Positions 27,125 through 43,700 of a DNA stretch of 64,000 bases are shown here, piece by piece. The DNA is from Eledone cirrhosa (Eukaryota). The notes beneath the pieces were generated by a model. The model ran no database searches, had not been told where the DNA came from, and saw nothing but the letters and a program-made list of their open reading frames with translations. The stretch lies in assembly GCA_964016885.1 (NCBI GenBank), contig OZ024747.1:76322001-76386000 (forward strand), given 5' to 3'. Positions within the stretch are counted from its first letter, which is position 1. Every line of letters starts with the position of its first letter. A program made the translations under genes and the position numbers.

Positions 27125-30100
27125 TAGAATGTATTGACAGTATCTGTAGAATGTATTGACAGTATCTGTGGAACGTATTGACAGTATATGTAGAATGTAT
27201 TGGTAGTATATGTAGAATGTATTGGCAGTATATGTAGAATGTATTGACAGTATATGTAGAATATATTGACAGTATATTTAGAATGTATTGACAGTATCTA
27301 TAGGATGCATTGACAGTATCTGTAGAATGTATTGACAGTATCTGTAGAATGTATTGACAGTATCTGTGGAATGTATTGACAGTATATGTAGAATGTATTG
27401 GTAGTATATGTAGAATGTATTGACAGTATCTGTAGAATGTATTGACAGTATCTGTAGGATGCATTGACAGTATCTGTAGAATGTATTGACAGTATATGTA
27501 GAATGTATTGACAGTATCTGTAGAATGTATTGACTGTATCTGTAGAATGTATTGACAGTATATGTAGAATGTATTGACAGTATCTGTAGAATGTATTGAC
27601 AGTATATGTAGAATGTATTGACAGTATATGTAGAATGTATTGACAGTATATGTAGAATGTATTGGCAGTATATGTAGAATGTATTGACTGTATCTGTAGA
27701 ATGTATTGACAGTATATGTAGAATGTATTGACAGTATCTGTAGAATGTATTGACAGTATATGTAGAATGTATTGACAATATCTGTGGAATGTATTGACAG
27801 TATATGTAGAATGGATTGGTAGTATATGTAGAATGTATTGACAGTATCTGTAGAATATATTCACAGTATATTTAGAATGTATTGACAGTATCTGTAGGAT
27901 GCATTGACAGTATATGTAGAATGTATTGGTAGTATATGTAGAATGTATTGACAGTATCTGTAGAATGTATTGACAGTATCTGTAGAATGTATTGACAGTA
28001 TATGTAGAATGTATTGACAGTATCTGTAGAATATATTGACAGTATATTTAGAATGTATTGACAGTATCTGTAGGATGCATTGACAGTATATGTAGAATAT
28101 ATTGACAGTATATGTAGAATGTATTGACAGTATCTGTAGAATGTATTGACAGTATATGTAGAATGTATTGACAGTATATGTAGAATGTATTGGCAGTATA
28201 TGTAGAATGTATTGACAGTATTTGTAGAATATATTGACAGTATATGTAGAATGTATTGACAGTATCTGTAGAATGTATTGACAGTATCTGTAGAATGTAT
28301 TGACAGTATATGTAGAATGTATTGACAGTATATGTAGAATGTATTGGCAGTATATTTAGAATGTATTGACAGTATCTGTAGGATGCATTGACAGTATCTG
28401 TAGATTGTATTGACAGTATCTGTAGGATGCATTGACAATATCTGTAGAATGTATTGACAGTATCTGTAGAATGTATTGACAGTATCTGTAGGATGCATTG
28501 ACAGTATATGTAGAATGTATTGACAGTATATGTAGAATGTATTGGTAGTATATGGAGAATGTATTGACAGTATATGTAGAATGTATTGACAGTATCTGTA
28601 GAAAGTATTGACAGTATCTGTAGAATGTATTGACATTATATGTAGAATGTATTGACAGTATCTGTAGAATATATTGACAGTATCTGTGGAATGTATTGAC
28701 AGTATATGTAGAATGTATTGGTAGTATATGTAGAATGTATTGACAGTATATGTAGAATGTATTGGCAGTATCTGTAGAATGTATTTACAGTATCTGTAGA
28801 ATGTGTTGACAGTATCTGTAGAATGTATTGACAGTATATGTAGAATGTATTGACAGTATATGTAGAATGTATTGACAGTATCTGTAGAATGTATTGGCAG
28901 TATCTGTAGAATGTATTGACAGTTTCTGTAGAATGTATTGGCAGTATCTGTAGAATGTGTTGACAGTATCTGTAGAATGTGTTGACAGTATCTGTAGAAT
29001 GTATTGACAGTATATGTAGAATGTATTGACAGTATCTGTAGAATGTGTTGACAGTATCTGTAGAATGTATTGACAGTATCTGTAGAATGTGTTGACAGTA
29101 TCTGTAGAATGTATTGACAGTATCTGTAGAATGTGTTGACCGTATCTGTAGAATGTATTGACAGTGTATGTAGAAGGTATTGACAGTATCTGTGGAATGT
29201 ATTGAAAATATCTATAGAATGTATTGGCAGTATATGTAGAAGGTATTGACAGTATCTGTAGAATGTATTGACAGTATCTGTAGAATGTGTTGAGAGTATC
29301 TGTAGAATGTATTGACAGTATCTGTAGAATGTATTGACAGTATCTGTAGAATGTATTGGCAGTATCTGTAGAATGTATTGGCAGTATCTGTAGAATGTAT
29401 TGACAGTATCTGTAGAATGTATTGGCAGTATCTGTAGAATGTATTGACAGTATCTGTAGAATGTATTGACAATATCTATAGAATGTAATGGCAGTATATG
29501 TAGAAGGTATTGACAGTATCTGTGGAATGTATTGACAGTATATGTAGAATGTATTGACAGTATCTCTAGAATGTATTGACAGTATCTGTAGAATGTATTG
29601 ACAATATCTATAGAATGTATTGACAGTATCTGTAGAATGTATTGACAGTATCTGAAGAATGTATTGACAGTATCTGTAGAATGTGTTGACAGTATCTGTA
29701 GAATGTATTGACAATATCTGTAGAATGTATTGACAGTATCTGTAGAATGTATTGAGAGTATCTGAAGAATGTATTGACAGTATATGTAGAAGGTATTGAC
29801 AGTATCTGTGGAATGTATTGACAGTATATGTAGAATGTATTGGTAGTATATGTAGAATGTATTGACAGTATATGTAGAATATATTGACAGTATATGTATA
29901 ATGTATTGACAGTATCTGTAGAATGTATTGACAGTATATGTAGAATGTATTGACAGTATCTGTAGAATGTATTGACAGTATCTGAAGAATGTATTGACAG
30001 TATCTGTAGAATGTATTGACAGTATATGTAGAATGTATTGACAGTATCTGTAGAATGTATTGGCAGTATATGTAGAATGTATTGACAGTATCTGTAGAAT

Positions 30101-32340
30101 GTATTGACAGTATCTGTAGAATGTATTGACAGTATCTGTGGAATGTATTGACAGTATATGTAGAATGTATTGGTAGTATATGTAGAATGTATTGACAGTA
30201 TCTGTAGAATGTATTGACAGTATCTGTAGAATGTATTGACAGTATCTGTAGAATGTATTGACAGTATCTGTGGAACGTATTGACAGTATATGTAGAATGT
30301 ATTGGTAGTATATGTAGAATGTATTGGCAGTATATGTAGAATGTATTGACAGTATATGTAGAATATATTGACAGTATATTTAGAATGTATTGACAGTATC
30401 TATAGGATGCATTGACAGTATCTGTAGAATGTATTGACAGTATCTGTAGAATGTATTGACAGTATCTGTGGAATGTATTGACAGTATATGTAGAATGTAT
30501 TGGTAGTATATGTAGAATGTATTGACAGTATCTGTAGAATGTATTGACAGTATCTGTAGGATGCATTGACAGTATCTGTAGAATGTATTGACAGTATATG
30601 TAGAATGTATTGACAGTATCTGTAGAATGTATTGACTGTATCTGTAGAATGTATTGACAGTATATGTAGAATGTATTGACAGTATCTGTAGAATGTATTG
30701 ACAGTATATGTAGAATGTATTGACAGTATATGTAGAATGTATTGACAGTATATGTAGAATGTATTGGCAGTATATGTAGAATGTATTGACTGTATCTGTA
30801 GAATGTATTGACAGTATATGTAGAATGTATTGACAGTATCTGTAGAATGTATTGACAGTATATGTAGAATGTATTGACAATATCTGTGGAATGTATTGAC
30901 AGTATATGTAGAATGGATTGGTAGTATATGTAGAATGTATTGACAGTATCTGTAGAATATATTCACAGTATATTTAGAATGTATTGACAGTATCTGTAGG
31001 ATGCATTGACAGTATATGTAGAATGTATTGGTAGTATATGTAGAATGTATTGACAGTATCTGTAGAATGTATTGACAGTATCTGTAGAATGTATTGACAG
31101 TATATGTAGAATGTATTGACAGTATCTGTAGAATATATTGACAGTATATTTAGAATGTATTGACAGTATCTGTAGGATGCATTGACAGTATATGTAGAAT
31201 ATATTGACAGTATATGTAGAATGTATTGACAGTATCTGTAGAATGTATTGACAGTATATGTAGAATGTATTGACAGTATATGTAGAATGTATTGGCAGTA
31301 TATGTAGAATGTATTGACAGTATTTGTAGAATATATTGACAGTATATGTAGAATGTATTGACAGTATCTGTAGAATGTATTGACAGTATCTGTAGAATGT
31401 ATTGACAGTATATGTAGAATGTATTGACAGTATCTGTAGAATGTATTGACTGTATCTGTAGAATGTATTGACAGTATATGTAGAATGTATTGACAGTATC
31501 TGTAGAATGTGTTGACAGTATCTGTAGAATGTGTTGACAGTATCTGTAGAATGTATTGACAGTAAATGTAGAATGTATTGACAGTATCTGTAGAATGTGT
31601 TGACAGTATCTGTAGAATGTATTGACAGTATCTGTAGAATGTGTTGACAGTATCTGTAGAATGTATTGACAGTATCTGTAGAATGTGTTGACCGTATCTG
31701 TAGAATGTATTGACAGTGTATGTAGAATGTATTGACAGTATCTGTAGAATGTATTGACAGTATCTGTAGAATGTATTGGCAGTATCTGTAGAATGTATTG
31801 GCAGTATCTGTAGAATGTATTGACAGTATCTGTAGAATGTATTGGCAGTATCTGTAGAATGTATTGACAGTATCTGTAGAATGTATTGACAATATCTATA
31901 GAATGTAATGGCAGTATATGTAGAAGGTATTGACAGTATCTGTGGAATGTATTGACAGTATATGTAGAATGTATTGACAGTATCTCTAGAATGTATTGAC
32001 AGTATCTGTAGAATGTATTGACAATATCTATAGAATGTATTGACAGTATCTGTAGAATGTATTGACAGTATCTGAAGAATGTATTGACAGTATCTGTAGA
32101 ATGTGTTGACAGTATCTGTAGAATGTATTGACAATATCTGTAGAATGTATTGACAGTATCTGTAGAATGTATTGAGAGTATCTGAAGAATGTATTGACAG
32201 TATATGTAGAAGGTATTGACAGTATCTGTGGAATGTATTGACAGTATATGTAGAATGTATTGGTAGTATATGTAGAATGTATTGACAGTATATGTAGAAT
32301 ATATTGACAGTATATGTATAATGTATTGACAGTATCTGTA
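26850..32340. repeat. Higher-order duplication, offset 3,102 bp (141 monomers), with the second copy internally shortened (offset falls to 2,420 bp, 110 monomers)
   Basis: TGAAG 26,881/29,983, GAACG 27,171/30,273, TCACAG 27,861/30,963, TTTGTAG 28,221/31,323. Identical ORFs 27278..27778 and 30380..30880. ORF high coordinates 29472/31892 differ by 2,420. Confidence 0.85.
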
Positions 32341-35300
32341 GAATGTATTGACAGTATATGTAGAATGTATTAACAGTATCTGTAGAATATATTGACAGTA
32401 TATTTAGAATGTATTGACAGTATCTGTAGGATGCATTGACAGTATCTGTAGAATGTATTGACAGTATCTGTAGGATGCATTGACAATATCTGTAGAATGT
32501 ATTGACAGTATCTGTAGAATGTATTGACAGTATCTTTAGGATGCATTGACAGTATATGTAGAATGTATTGACAGTATATGTAGAATGTATTGGTAGTATA
32601 TGTAGAATGTATTGACAGTATATGTAGAATGAATTGACAGTATCTGTAGAAAGTATTGACAGTATCTGTAGAATGTATTAACAGTATATGTAGAATGTAT
32701 TGACAGTATCTGTAGAATGTATTGACAGTATCTGTGGAATGTATTGACAGTATCTGTGGAATGTATTGACAGTATATGTAGAATGTATTGGCAGTATATG
32801 TAGAATGTATTGGCAGTTTATGTAGAATGTATTGACAGTATCTGTAGAATGTATTGACAGTATATGTAGAATGTATTGACAGTATATGTAGAATGTATTG
32901 GCAGTATATGTAGAATGTATTGACAGTATCTGTAGAATGTATTGACAGTATATGTAGAATGTATTGACAGTATCTGTAGAATGTATTGGCAGTATCTGTA
33001 GAATGTATTGACAGTATATGTAGAATGTATTGGCAGTATATGTAGAATGTATTGACAGTATCTGTAGAATGTATTGACAGTATAAGTAGAATGTATTGAC
33101 AGTATATGTAGAATGTATTGACAGTATCTGTAGAATGTATTGGCAGTATATTTAGAATGTATTGACAGTATATGTAGAATGTATTGACAGTATATGTAGA
33201 ATGTATTGACAGTATCTGTAGAATGTATTGGCTGTATATGTAGAAGGTATTGACAGTATCTGTAGAATGTATTGACAGTATCTGTAGAATGTATTGACAG
33301 TATCTGTAGGATGCATTGACAGTATCTGTAGAAAGTATTGACAGTATCTGTAGAATGTATTGACTGTATCTGTAGAATGTATTGATAGTGTATGTAGAAT
33401 GTATTGACAGTATCTGTAGAATGTATTGACAGTATATGTAGAATGTATTGACAGTATCTGTGGAATGTATTGACAGTATATGTAGAATGGATTGGTAGTA
33501 TATGTAGAATGTATTGACAGTATCTGTAGAATATATTGACAGTATATTTAGAATGTATTGACAGTATCTGTAGGATGCATTGACAGTAGATGTAGAATGT
33601 ATTGGTAGTATATGTAGAATGTATTGACAGTATCTGTAGAATGTATTGACAATATCTGTAGAATGTATTGACAGTATATGTAGAATGTATTGACAGTATA
33701 TGTAGAATGTATTGGCAGTATATGTAGAATGTATTGACAGTATCTGTAGAATGTGTTGACAGTATCTGTAGAATGTATTGACAGTATATGTAGAATGTAT
33801 TGACAGTATCTGTAGAATGTATTGGCAGTATCTGTAGAATGTATTGACAGTATCTGTAGAATGTATTGACAGTATCTGTAGAATGCATTGACAGTATCTG
33901 TAGAATGTGTTGACAGTATCTGTAGAATGTATTGACATTATCTGTAGAATGTATTGACAGTATCTGTAGAATGTATTGGCAGTATCTGTAGAATGTATTG
34001 ACAGTATCTGTAGAATGTATTGACAGTATCTGTAGAATGTATTGGCAGTATCTGTAGAATGTATTGACAGTATATGTAGAATGCATTGACAGTATCTGTA
34101 GAAAGTATTGGCAGTATATGTAGAATGTATTGACAGTATCTGTAGAATGTATTGACAGTATATGTAGAATGTATTGACAGTATATGTAGAATGTATTGAC
34201 AGTATCTGTAGAATGTATTGACAGTATCTGTAGAATGTATTGGCAGTATATGTAGAATGTATTGACAGTATCTGTAGAATGTATTGACAGTATCTGTAGA
34301 ATGTATTGACAGTATCTGTGGAATGTATTGACAGTATATGTAGAATGTATTGGTAGTATATGTAGAATGTATTGACAGTATCTGTAGAATGTATTGACAG
34401 TATCTGTAGAATGTATTGACAGTATCTGTGGAACGTATTGACAGTATATGTAGAATGTATTGGTAGTATATGTAGAATGTATTGGCAGTATATGTAGAAT
34501 GTATTGACAGTATATGTAGAATATATTGACAGTATATTTAGAATGTATTGACAGTATCTATAGGATGCATTGACAGTATCTGTAGAATGTATTGACAGTA
34601 TCTGTAGAATGTATTGACAGTATCTGTGGAATGTATTGACAGTATATGTAGAATGTATTGACAGTATCTGTAGAATGTATTGACAGTATATGTAGAATGT
34701 ATTGGTAGTATATGTAGAATGTATTGACAGTATCTGTAGAATGTATTGACAGTATCTGTAGGATGCATTGATAGTATCTGTAGAATGTATTGACAGTATA
34801 TGTAGAATGTATTGACAGTATCTGTAGAATGTATTGACTGTATCTGTAGAATGTATTGACAGTATATGTAGAATGTATTGACAGTATCTGTAGAATGTAT
34901 TGACAGTATATGTAGAATGTATTGACAGTATATGTAGAATGTATTGACAGTATATGTAGAATGTATTGGCAGTATATGTAGAATGTATTGACTGTATCTG
35001 TAGAATGTATTGACAGTATATGTAGAATGTATTGACAGTATCTGTAGAATGTATTGACAGTATATGTAGAATGTATTGACAATATCTGTGGAATGTATTG
35101 ACAGTATATGTAGAATGGATTGGTAGTATATATAGAATGTATTGACAGTATCTGTAGAATATATTGACAGTATATTTAGAATGTATTGACAGTATCTGTA
35201 GGATGCATTGACAGTATATGTAGAATGTATTGGTAGTATATGTAGAATGTATTGACAGTATCTGTAGAATGTATTGACAGTATCTGTAGAATGTATTGAC

Positions 35301-37794
35301 AGTATATGTAGAATGTATTGACAGTATCTGTAGAATATATTGACAGTATATTTAGAATGTATTGACAGTATCTGTAGGATGCATTGACAGTATATGTAGA
35401 ATATATTGACAGTATATGTAGAATGTATTGACAGTATCTGTAGAATGTATTGACAGTATATGTAGAATGTATTGACAGTATATGTAGAATGTATTGGCAG
35501 TATATGTAGAATGTATTGACAGTATTTGTAGAATATATTGACAGTATATGTAGAATGTATTGACAGTATCTGTAGAATGTATTGACAGTATCTGTAGAAT
35601 GTATTGACAGTATATGTAGAATGTATTGACAGTATATGTAGAATGTATTGGCAGTATATGTAGAATGTATTGACAGTATCTGTAGAATATATTGACAGTA
35701 TATTTAGAATGTATTGACAGTATCTGTAGGATGCATTGACAGTATCTGTAGATTGTATTGACAGTATCTGTAGGATGCATTGACAATATCTGTAGAATGT
35801 ATTGACAGTATCTGTAGAATGTATTGACAGTATCTGTAGGATGCATTGACAGTATATGTAGAATGTATTGACAGTATATGTAGAATGTATTGGTAGTATA
35901 TGGAGAATGTATTGACAGTATATGTAGAATGTATTGACAGTATCTGTAGAAAGTATTGACAGTATCTGTAGAATGTATTGACATTATATGTAGAATGTAT
36001 TGACAGTATCTGTAGAATATATTGACAGTATCTGTGGAATGTATTGACAGTATATGTAGAATGTATTGGTAGTATATGTAGAATGTATTGACAGTATATG
36101 TAGAATGTATTGTCAGTATCTGTAGAATGTATTGACAGTATCTGTAGAATGTATTGACAGTATATGTAGAATGTATTGGCAGTATCTGTAGAATGTATTG
36201 ACAGTATCTGTAGAATGTATTGCCAGTATATGTAGAATGTATTGACAGTATATTTAGAATGTATTGACAGTATATGTAGAATGTATTGACAGTATATGTA
36301 GAATGTATTGGTAGTATATGTAGAATGTATTGACAGTATATGTAGAATGTATTGACAGTATCTGTAGAATGTATTGTCAGTATATGTAGAATGTATTGAC
36401 AGTATATGTAGAATGTATTGACAGTAGCTGTAGAATGTATTGACAGTATCTGTAGAATGTATTGGCAGTATCTCTAGAATGTATTGACAGTATCTGTAGA
36501 AAGTATTGACAGTATCTGTAGAATGTATTGACAGTATATGTAGAATGTATTGACAGTATCTGTAGAATTTATTGGCAGTATATGTAGAATGTATTGACAG
36601 TATCTGTAGAATGTATTGACAGTATCTGTAGAATGTATTGACAGTATCTGTAGAATGTATTGGCAGTATCTGTAGAATGTATTTACAGTATCTGTAGAAT
36701 GTGTTGACAGTATCTGTAGAATGTATTGACAGTATATGTAGAATGTATTGACAGTATATGTAGAATGTATTGACAGTATCTGTAGAATGTATTGGCAGTA
36801 TCTGTAGAATGTATTGACAGTTTCTGTAGAATGTATTGGCAGTATCTGTAGAATGTGTTGACAGTATCTGTAGAATGTGTTGACAGTATCTGTAGAATGT
36901 ATTGACAGTATATGTAGAATGTATTGACAGTATCTGTAGAATGTGTTGACAGTATCTGTAGAATGTATTGACAGTATCTGTAGAATGTGTTGACAGTATC
37001 TGTAGAATGTATTGACAGTATCTGTAGAATGTGTTGACCGTATCTGTAGAATGTATTGACAGTGTATGTAGAAGGTATTGAAAATATCTATAGAATGTAT
37101 TGGCAGTATATGTAGAAGGTATTGACAGTATCTGTAGAATGTATTGACAGTATCTGTAGAATGTGTTGACAGTATCTGTAGAATGTGTTGAGAGTATCTG
37201 TAGAATGTATTGACAGTATCTGTAGAATGTATTGACAGTATCTGTAGAATGTATTGGCAGTATCTGTAGAATGTATTGGCAGTATCTGTAGAATGTATTG
37301 ACAGTATCTGTAGAATGTATTGGCAGTATCTGTAGAATGTATTGATAGTATCTGTAGAATGTATTGACAATATCTATAGAATGTAATGGCAGTATATGTA
37401 GAAGGTATTGACAGTATCTGTGGAATGTATTGACAGTATATGTAGAATGTATTGACAGTATCTCTAGAATGTATTGACAGAATCTGTAGAATGTATTGAC
37501 AATATCTATAGAATGTATTGACAGTATCTGTAGAATGTATTGACAGTATCTGAAGAATGTATTGACAGTATCTGTAGAATGTGTTGACAGTATCTGTAGA
37601 ATGTATTGACAATATCTGTAGAATGTATTGACAGTATCTGTAGAATGTATTGAGAGTATCTGAAGAATGTATTGACAGTATATGTAGAAGGTATTGACAG
37701 TATCTGTGGAATGTATTGACAGTATATGTAGAATGTATTGGTAGTATATGTAGAATCTATTGACAGTATATGTAGAATATATTGACAGTATATG

Positions 37795-40700
37795 TATAAT
37801 GTATTGACAGTATATGTAGAATGTATTGACAGTATATGTAGAATGTATTAACAGTATCTGTAGAATATATTGACAGTATATTTAGAATGTATTGACAGTA
37901 TCTGTAGGATGCATTGACAGTATCTGTAGAATGTATTGACAGTATCTGTAGGATGCATTGACAATATCTGTAGAATGTATTGACAGTATCTGTAGAATGT
38001 ATTGACAGTATCTGTAGGATGCATTGACAGTATATGTAGAATGTATTGACAGTATATGTAGAATGTATTGGTAGTATATGTAGAATGTATTGACAGTATA
38101 TGTAGAATGTATTGACAGTATCTGTAGAAAGTATTGACAGTATCTGTAGAATGTATTAACAGTATATGTAGAATGTATTGACAGTATCTGTAGAATGTAT
38201 TGACAGTATCTGTGGAATGTATTGACAGTATCTGTGGAATGTATTGACAGTATATGTAGAATGTATTGGCAGTATATGTAGAATGTATTGGCAGTTTATG
38301 TAGAATGTATTGACAGTATCTGTAGAATGTATTGACAGTATATGTAGAATGTATTGACAGTATATGTAGAATGTATTGGCAGTATATGTAGAATGTATTG
38401 ACAGTATCTGTAGAATGTATTGACAGTATATGTAGAATGTATTGACAGTATCTGTAGAATGTATTGGCAGTATCTGTAGAATGTATTGACAGTATATGTA
38501 GAATGTATTGGCAGTATATGTAGAATGTATTGACAGTATCTGTAGAATGTATTGACAGTATATGTAGAATGTATTGACAGTATATGTAGAATGTATTGAC
38601 AGTATCTGTAGAATGTATTGACAGTATATGTAGAATGTATTGAGAGTATCTGTAGAATGGATTGACAGTATCTGTAGAATGTATTGGCAGTATATGTAGA
38701 ATGTATTGACAGTATATGTAGAATGTATTGACAGTATATGTAGAATGTATTGGCAGTATCTGTAGAATGTATTGACAGTATATGTAGAATGTATTGACAG
38801 TATCTGTAGAATGTATTGACAGTATATGTAGAATGTATTGACAGTATCTGTAGAATGTATTGGCAGTATCTGTAGAATGTATTGACAGTATCTGTAGAAT
38901 GTGTTGATAGTATCTGTAGAATGTATTGACAGTATATGTAGAATGTATTGACAGTATATGTAGAATGTATTGACAGTATATGAAGAATGTATTGACAGTA
39001 TATGTAGAATGTATTGACAGTATATGTAGAATGTATTGACAGTATCTGTAGAATGTATTGGCAGTATATGTACAATGTATTGACAGTATCTGTAGAATGT
39101 ATTGACAGTATCTGTAGAATGTATTGACATTATCTGTAGAATGTGTTGGCAGTATCTGTAGAATGTATTGACAATATCTGTAGAATGTGTTGACAGTATC
39201 TGTAGAATGTATTGACAGTATATGTAGAATGTATTGACAGTATCTGTAGAATGTATTGGCAGTATCTGTAGAATGTATTGACAGTATCTCTAGAATGTAT
39301 TGACAATATCCGTATAATGTATTGACAGTATCTGTAGAATGTATTGACAGTATCTGTAGAATGTATTGACAGTATCTGTAGAATGTATTGGCAGTATCTG
39401 TAGAATGTATTGACAGTATCTGTAGAATGTATTGACAGTATCTGTAGAATGTATTGGCAGTATCTGTTGAATGTATTGACAGTATATGTAGAATGTATTG
39501 ACAGTATCTGTAGAATGTATTGACAGTATCTGTAGAATATATTGACAGTATATTTAGAATGTATTGACAGTATCTGTAGGATGCATTGACAGTATCTGTG
39601 GAATGTATTGACAGTATATGTAGAATGTATTGGTAGTATATGTAGAATGTATTGACAGTATCTGTAGAATGTATTGACAGTATCTGTAGAATGTATTGAC
39701 AGTATCTGTGGAATGTATTGACAGTATATGTAGAATGTATTGGTAGTATATGTAGAATGTATTGGTAGTATATGTAGAATGTATTGACAGTATATGTAGA
39801 ATGTATTGACAGTATCTGTAGAAAGTATTGACAGTATCTGTAGAATGTATTGACAGTATATGTAGAATGTATTGACAGTATCTGTAGAATGTATTGACAG
39901 TATCTGTGGAATGTATTGACAGTATATGTAGAATGTATTGGTAGTATATGTAGAATGTATTGACAGTATATGTAGAATGTATTGACAGTATCTGTAGAAT
40001 GTATTGACTGTATATGTAGAATGTATTGGCAGTATCTGTAGAATGTATTGACAGTATCTGTAGAATATATTGACAGTATATGTAGAATGTATTGACAGTA
40101 TATTTAGAATGTATTGACAGTATATGTAGAATGTATTGACAGTATATGTAGAATGTATTGGTAGTATATGTAGAATGTATTGACAGTATATGTAGAATGT
40201 ATTGACAGTATCTGTAGAATGTATTGGCAGTATATGTAGAATGTATTGACAGTATATGTAGAATGTATTGACAGTATCTGTAGAATGTATTGACAGTATC
40301 TTTAGAATGTATTGGCAGTATCTCTAGAATGTATTGACAGTATCTGTAGAAAGTATTGACAGTATCTGTAGAATGTATTGACAGTATATGTAGAATGTAT
40401 TGACAGTATCTGTAGAATGTATTGGCAGTATATGTAGAATGTATTGACAGTATCTGTAGAATGTATTGACAGTATCTGTAGAATGTGTTGACAGTATCTG
40501 TAGAATGTATTGACAGTATATGTAGAATGTATTGACAGTATCTGTAGAATGTATTGGCAGTATCTGTAGAATGTATTGACAGTTTCTGTAGAATGTATTG
40601 GCAGTATCTGTAGAATGTGTTGACAGTATCTGTAGAATGTGTTGACAGTATCTGTAGAATGTATTGACAGTATATGTAGAATGTATTGACAGTATCTGTA

Positions 40701-43700
40701 GAATGTGTTGACAGTATCTGTAGAATGTATTGACAGTATCTGTAGAATGTGTTGACAGTATCTGTAGAATGTATTGACAGTATCTGTAGAATGTGTTGAC
40801 CGTATCTGTAGAATGTATTGACAGTGTATGTAGAAGGTATTGACAGTATCTGTGGAATGTATTGAAAATATCTATAGAATGTATTGGCAGTATATGTAGA
40901 AGGTATTGACAGTATCTGTAGAATGTATTGACAGTATCTGTAGAATGTGTTGACAGTATCTGTAGAATGTATTGACATTATCTGTAGAATGTATTGACAG
41001 TATCTGTAGAATGTATTGGCAGTATCTGTAGAATGTATTGGCAGTATCTGTAGAATGTATTGACAGTATCTGTAGAATGTATTGGCAGTATCTGTAGAAT
41101 GTATTGACAGTATCTGTAGAATGTATTGACAATATCTATAGAATGTATTGGCAGTATATGTAGAAGGTATTGACAGTATCTGTGGAATGTATTGACAGTA
41201 TATGTAGAATGTATTGACAGTATCTCTAGAATGTATTGCCAGTATCTGTAGAATGTATTGACAATATCTGTAGAATGTATTGACAGTATCTGTAGAATGT
41301 ATTGACAGTATCTGAAGAATGTATTGACAGTATCTGTAGAATGTGTTGACAGTATCTGTAGAATGTATTGACAATATCTGTAGAATGTATTGACAGTATC
41401 TGTAGAATGTATTGAGAGTATCTGAAGAATGTATTGACAGTATATGTAGAAGGTATTGGTAGTATATGTAGAATGTATTGACAGTATATGTAGAATATAT
41501 TGACAGTATATGTAGAATGTATTGACTATATCTGTAGAATGTATTGACAGTATCTGTAGAATGTATTGACAGTATATGTAGAATGTATTAACAGTATCTG
41601 TAGAATATATTGACAGTATATTTAGAATGTATTGACAGTATCTGTAGGATGCATTGACAGTATCTGTAGAATGTATTGACAGTATCTGTAGGATGCATTG
41701 ACAATATCTGTAGAATGTATTGACAGTATCTGTAGAATGTATTGACAGTATCTGTAGGATGCATTGACAGTATATGTAGAATGTATTGACAGTATATGTA
41801 GAATGTATTGGTAGTATATGTAGAATGTATTGACAGTATATGTAGAATGTATTGACAGTATCTGTAGAAAGTATTGACAGTATCTGTAGAATGTATTAAC
41901 AGTATATGTAGAATGTATTGACAGTATCTGTAGAATGTATTGACAGTATCTGTGGAATGTATTGACAGTATCTGTGGAATGTATTGACAGTATATGTAGA
42001 ATGTATTGGCAGTATATGTAGAATGTATTGGCAGTTTATGTAGAATGTATTGACAGTATCTGTAGAATGTATTGACAGTATATGTAGAATGTATTGACAG
42101 TATATGTAGAATGTATTGGCAGTATATGTAGAATGTATTGACAGTATCTGTAGAATGTATTGACAGTATATGTAGAATGTATTGACAGTATCTGTAGAAT
42201 GTATTGGCAGTATCTGTAGAATGTATTGACAGTATATGTAGAATGTATTGGCAGTATATGTAGAATGTATTGACAGTATCTGTAGAATGTATTGACAGTA
42301 TATGTAGAATGTATTGACAGTATATGTAGAATGTATTGCCAGTATCTGTAGAATGTATTGACAGTATATGTAGAATGTATTGAGAATATCTGTAGAATGG
42401 ATTGACAGTATCTGTAGAATGTATTGGCAGTATATGTAGAATGTATTGACAGTATATGTAGAATGTATTGACAGTATATGTATAATGTATTGACAGTATA
42501 TGTAGAATGTATTGACAGTATATGTAGAATGTATTAACAGTATCTGTAGAATATATTGACAGTATATTTAGAATGTATTGACAGTATCTGTAGGATGCAT
42601 TGACAGTATCTGTAGAATGTATTGACAGTATCTGTAGGATGCATTGACAATATCTGTAGAATGTATTGACAGTATCTGTAGAATGTATTGACAGTATCTG
42701 TAGGATGCATTGACAGTATATGTAGAATGTATTGACAGTATATGTAGAATGTATTGGTAGTATATGTAGAATGTATTGACAGTATATGTAGAATGTATTG
42801 ACAGTATCTGTAGAAAGTATTGACAGTATCTGTAGAATGTATTAACAGTATATGTAGAATGTATTGACAGTATCTGTAGAATGTATTGACAGTATCTGTG
42901 GAATGTATTGACAGTATCTGTGGAATGTATTGACAGTATATGTAGAATGTATTGGCAGTATATGTAGAATGTATTGGCAGTTTATGTAGAATGTATTGAC
43001 AGTATCTGTAGAATGTATTGACAGTATATGTAGAATGTATTGACAGTATATGTAGAATGTATTGGCAGTATATGTAGAATGTATTGACAGTATCTGTAGA
43101 ATGTATTGACAGTATATGTAGAATGTATTGACAGTATCTGTAGAATGTATTGGCAGTATCTGTAGAATGTATTGACAGTATATGTAGAATGTATTGGCAG
43201 TATATGTAGAATGTATTGACAGTATCTGTAGAATGTATTGACAGTATATGTAGAATGTATTGACAGTATATGTAGAATGTATTGACAGTATCTGTAGAAT
43301 GTATTGACAGTATATGTAGAATGTATTGAGAGTATCTGTAGAATGGATTGACAGTATCTGTAGAATGTATTGGCAGTATATGTAGAATGTATTGACAGTA
43401 TATGTAGAATGTATTGACAGTATATGTAGAATGTATTGGCAGTATCTGTAGAATGTATTGACAGTATATGTAGAATGTATTGACAGTATCTGTAGAATGT
43501 ATTGACAGTATATGTAGAATGTATTGACAGTATCTGTAGAATGTATTGGCAGTATCTGTAGAATGTATTGACAGTATCTGTAGAATGTGTTGATAGTATC
43601 TGTAGAATGTATTGACAGTATATGTAGAATGTATTGACAGTATATGTAGAATGTATTGACAGTATATGAAGAATGTATTGACAGTATATGTAGAATGTAT

